From: Bacteroidia bacterium
Lineage (GTDB): Bacteria > Bacteroidota > Bacteroidia > Bacteroidales > VadinHA17
Reading direction: 5' to 3'
Assembly (NCBI GenBank): GCA_026391215.1
Contig: JAPLDX010000017.1
Location: forward strand, 1 to 49,534
DNA length: 49,534 nt
Shown: one piece after another, positions 46,946 to 49,534 of the stretch
How positions within the stretch are numbered: the stretch's first letter is position 1
How the letters are laid out: the number at the start of each line of letters is the position of its first letter
Program-made: the position numbers and the translations under genes
Notes under the pieces: model-generated
Told to the model about the DNA's origin: nothing
Seen by the model: only the letters and a program-made list of their open reading frames with translations
The model's database searches: none

Positions 46946-48679
46946 ATGAAAAAAACAGAGCCCAAAATTTTAAGTAAAAATCTTCTCAAATCACCGACAG
47001 GGATTCAGGGATTTGATGAAATAACGGGTGGTGGGTTACCAACAGGCAGACCAACCCTTGTATGTGGTGGTGCAGGATGCGGAAAGACACTTTTTGGAAT
47101 GGAGTTCCTTGTACGTGGTGCAACACAATTTAAAGAACCGGGTGTGTTTATGTCATTCGAAGAAACTAATGAAGAATTAACCAAAAATGTTGCTTCGCTG
47201 GGTTTTGATTTGGAAGACCTTATCAGGAATAAAAAAATTGCACTTGACCACGTTCATGTTGAGCGTAGTGAAATTGAAGAAACCGGGGAATACGATCTGG
47301 AAGGTTTATTCGTACGACTTAATTATGCTATTGATTCAATTGGAGCGAAGCGTGTTGTATTAGACACGATTGAATCACTATTTGCCGGATTGCCAAACCA
47401 ACTTATCTTACGCGCTGAACTGCGACGTTTATTTCGCTGGTTAAAAGAAAAAGGGGTTACTACTATCATAACAGGTGAACGCGGAGAAGAAACACTTACC
47501 AGGCAGGGCCTGGAAGAATATGTTTCAGATTGTGTTATTATGCTCGACCATCGTGTAAATGCGCAGACTTCTACACGTCGTTTACGGGTTGTTAAATATC
47601 GTGGTTCAATGCACGGTACTAATGAGTATCCATTTCTGATTGATGAAGCTGGTTTTTCAGTATTACCTGTAACTTCCTTAGGATTAAAACACATTGTATC
47701 AAATAAAAGAATCTCAAGTGGTATAACTGCACTTGATGCAATGCTTGAAGGAAAAGGTTATTACCGCGGAAGCACTGTACTTGTTTCCGGTACTGCCGGA
47801 GTAGGAAAAACAAGTATAGCAGCTCACTTTGCAGAAGCTGCGTGTAAACGAGGTGAACGTGTTCTTTATTTCTGTTTCGAAGAATCTCCAAACCAGCTGA
47901 TGCGTAATATGCGTTCAATCGGTATAAAATTAGAGACCTGGGTGAAGAAAGGATTATTACAATTCCAGGCAACCCGGCCGACATTTTATGGCCTGGAAAT
48001 GCATCTGGCTGTAACTCACAAAATTGTAAGTGTTTTCAAACCTGATATAGTTATTCTCGATCCAATAAATACTTTTGTCGTTGGCGATAAAGATTTGGAA
48101 GTAAATACGATGTTAATGCGTATTGTTGATTTTCTTAAGGCGAATCAAATAACAGCATTGTTCACCAGCCTGACTTCAAGCCAAGGCTCATTAGAGAGTT
48201 CTGATGCCAGAATATCATCCCTGATAGATACCTGGTTATTACTTCGTGATATAGAATTATACGGTGAACGAAACAGGGGAATGTATGTTCTTAAATCGCG
48301 CGGGATGGCCAACTCCAGTGAAATTCGCGAATTCATTTTAACTGACCATGGTGTAGAATTACGTGAGGTATATATTGGTGCCCGTGGAGTGTTAACCGGC
48401 TCAGCTCGTATGGCACAGGAAGCTCTTGAAAAGGCTGAAGTATTATCAGGCAGGCAGGATATTGAACTAAAAAAACGTGATATAGAACGAAAACGAAAGG
48501 TATTAGAAGCTCAGATAATAGCTTTGCAGGCCGATTTTGAATCGGAAGAATCCGAAGCCCTTAAAACGATAGAGACCAGACAAGATGCGCTTAAAAGACT
48601 GGGACAGGACAATATAAATATGGCTGAAAGCAGAAAAGCTGACAATGAAAATATTAACATTAGTAATCCGAAAAAATAA
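46946..48679 (+). CDS. kaiC: Circadian clock protein KaiC homologue (double domain, C-terminal coiled coil)
   Basis: Two P-loops (GGAGCGKT, GTAGVGKT), catalytic EE pairs (SFEE, CFEE), KYRGSMH, KSRGM and phosphosite region ISSLIDTW. Confidence 0.96.
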   Translation: MKKTEPKILSKNLLKSPTGIQGFDEITGGGLPTGRPTLVCGGAGCGKTLFGMEFLVRGATQFKEPGVFMSFEETNEELTKNVASLGFDLEDLIRNKKIALDHVHVERSEIEETGEYDLEGLFVRLNYAIDSIGAKRVVLDTIESLFAGLPNQLILRAELRRLFRWLKEKGVTTIITGERGEETLTRQGLEEYVSDCVIMLDHRVNAQTSTRRLRVVKYRGSMHGTNEYPFLIDEAGFSVLPVTSLGLKHIVSNKRISSGITALDAMLEGKGYYRGSTVLVSGTAGVGKTSIAAHFAEAACKRGERVLYFCFEESPNQLMRNMRSIGIKLETWVKKGLLQFQATRPTFYGLEMHLAVTHKIVSVFKPDIVILDPINTFVVGDKDLEVNTMLMRIVDFLKANQITALFTSLTSSQGSLESSDARISSLIDTWLLLRDIELYGERNRGMYVLKSRGMANSSEIREFILTDHGVELREVYIGARGVLTGSARMAQEALEKAEVLSGRQDIELKKRDIERKRKVLEAQIIALQADFESEESEALKTIETRQDALKRLGQDNINMAESRKADNENINISNPKK

Positions 48680-48695
48680 TTAAAAGGAGTATTCG

Positions 48696-49037
48696 ATGAA
48701 ACTAAAGAAAGAGAATTCTGTTAAAAGAAATAGAAAAGAAAAACCGGGTACTGAGCCAGATGAAAAGTGGGTACTTCGTTTATATGTTGCCGGACAAACG
48801 CCAAAAGCCATTACTGCATTTACAAATCTGAAAAAGATATGTGAAGAACAATTAGACGGGAAATACTCTATTGAAGTAATTGACCTTTTGATAAATCCGC
48901 AATTGGGTGGCGAAGACCAGATTTTTGCTTTGCCAACATTAGTAAGAAAATTACCGGTACCTGTTCGTAAAATAATCGGCGATCTCTCAGATACAGAACG
49001 TGTCCTTGTCGGATTGAATTTATTGCCTGAAAGATGA
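48696..49037 (+). CDS. kaiB: KaiB family protein
   Basis: [17 protein letters not shown] and [21 protein letters not shown]. Confidence 0.95.
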   Translation: MKLKKENSVKRNRKEKPGTEPDEKWVLRLYVAGQTPKAITAFTNLKKICEEQLDGKYSIEVIDLLINPQLGGEDQIFALPTLVRKLPVPVRKIIGDLSDTERVLVGLNLLPER

Positions 49038-49068
49038 TTTGTAAATATAATATTTATCGGGAATAATT

Positions 49069-49416
49069 ATGAAGAAAAAAAATACAAAAACAAAAAGCTC
49101 AACTGCAAAGCTAGATCAGATAGTGTCTGAATCAGCCAGGGACAAATATATTTTGCGATTATATATAACCGGGACAACTAATCGATCAGTCTTAGCCCTG
49201 ACAAACCTGAAAAAGATTTGCGAAGAATATCTTGAAGGGCGATACGAACTGGAGGTGATTGACCTGTATCAAATGCCTAATTTGGCAAAAGATGAACAGA
49301 TAATTGCAGCTCCAACACTGATTAAAAAGCTGCCGCTTCCATTTCGTCGTATTATCGGCGATATGTCAAACACAGAAAAAGTACTTCTGGGATTAGACTT
49401 GAGAAAGGTAAAATAG
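49069..49416 (+). CDS. kaiB: KaiB family protein (second paralogue)
   Basis: LRLYITG, LEVIDL and [21 protein letters not shown]. Confidence 0.95.
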   Translation: MKKKNTKTKSSTAKLDQIVSESARDKYILRLYITGTTNRSVLALTNLKKICEEYLEGRYELEVIDLYQMPNLAKDEQIIAAPTLIKKLPLPFRRIIGDMSNTEKVLLGLDLRKVK

Positions 49417-49433
49417 CAATAAGATTTTCATAA

Positions 49434-49534
49434 ATGACTAAAACAATAAAACAACTCATTATTGAGAATGAAGAATTACATTCTCGTCTGACAGAGACTG
49501 AAGAAGCGCTTATAGCAATTCGAAGCGGAGAAGT
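49434..49534 (+). CDS. 5' end of a probable Kai-associated PAS/sensor protein (runs off the window)
   Basis: MTKTIKQLIIENEELHSRLTETEEALIAIRSGEV. The L.E.EE.L.AIR.GEV coil resembles N-termini of PAS sensor proteins that follow kaiCBB clusters (recalled). Confidence 0.65.
   Translation, partial: MTKTIKQLIIENEELHSRLTETEEALIAIRSGE

Noticed and set aside
819-48336. Numerous 60-180 aa antisense or alternate-frame ORFs in the ORF track
   Set aside because: They lie within well-supported genes and show no recognisable motifs, so they are treated as shadow ORFs.
46946-49416. A true self-sustained circadian clock
   Set aside because: No kaiA is in the window and sequence alone cannot show oscillation. 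Only a Kai-like timer or stress switch is supportable.

Overview
Chromosomal window from a Bacteroidota genome, most likely Bacteroidales. This is inferred from TAnnTTTG -7 promoters, glutamine synthetase type III, a PorE-like protein, GH92 and the Bacteroidota-type PurM. It opens with the 3' end of an rRNA operon (23S, 5S). About 35 kb of mostly housekeeping genes follow: GH3 plus a GPH transporter, a PpiD/SurA-like chaperone, glnA-III, purM, prfA, pyrF, rpsO, pnp, a deoxynucleoside kinase, sucC, priA, GT9 and GH92. After tRNA-Pro(CGG) comes a decaying sigma54 two-component/ABC-permease block, then a DEAD-box helicase and a cold-shock-domain gene. The window ends with an accessory cluster: a CxxC-AraC regulator, small membrane proteins, a surface DUF3494 ice-binding-like lipoprotein and kaiC-kaiB-kaiB followed by a truncated probable sensor gene. 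Most notable: (1) a promoter architecture repeated with identical spacing twice in the AraC/IBP/Kai cluster, suggesting an uncharacterised AraC stress regulon next to a KaiA-less Kai module; (2) a family of ~120-bp double-hairpin REP/MITE-like intergenic elements, one of which supplies a protein C-terminus; (3) three apparent deletion lesions (purM active-site block, DEAD-box DbpA domain, NtrC-like regulator) that may be real or assembly errors; (4) a degenerate tRNA-Pro 5' copy with a palindrome insertion just upstream of the intact tRNA; (5) phased direct repeats upstream of glnA. All family assignments come from motif recognition by eye, not database searches.
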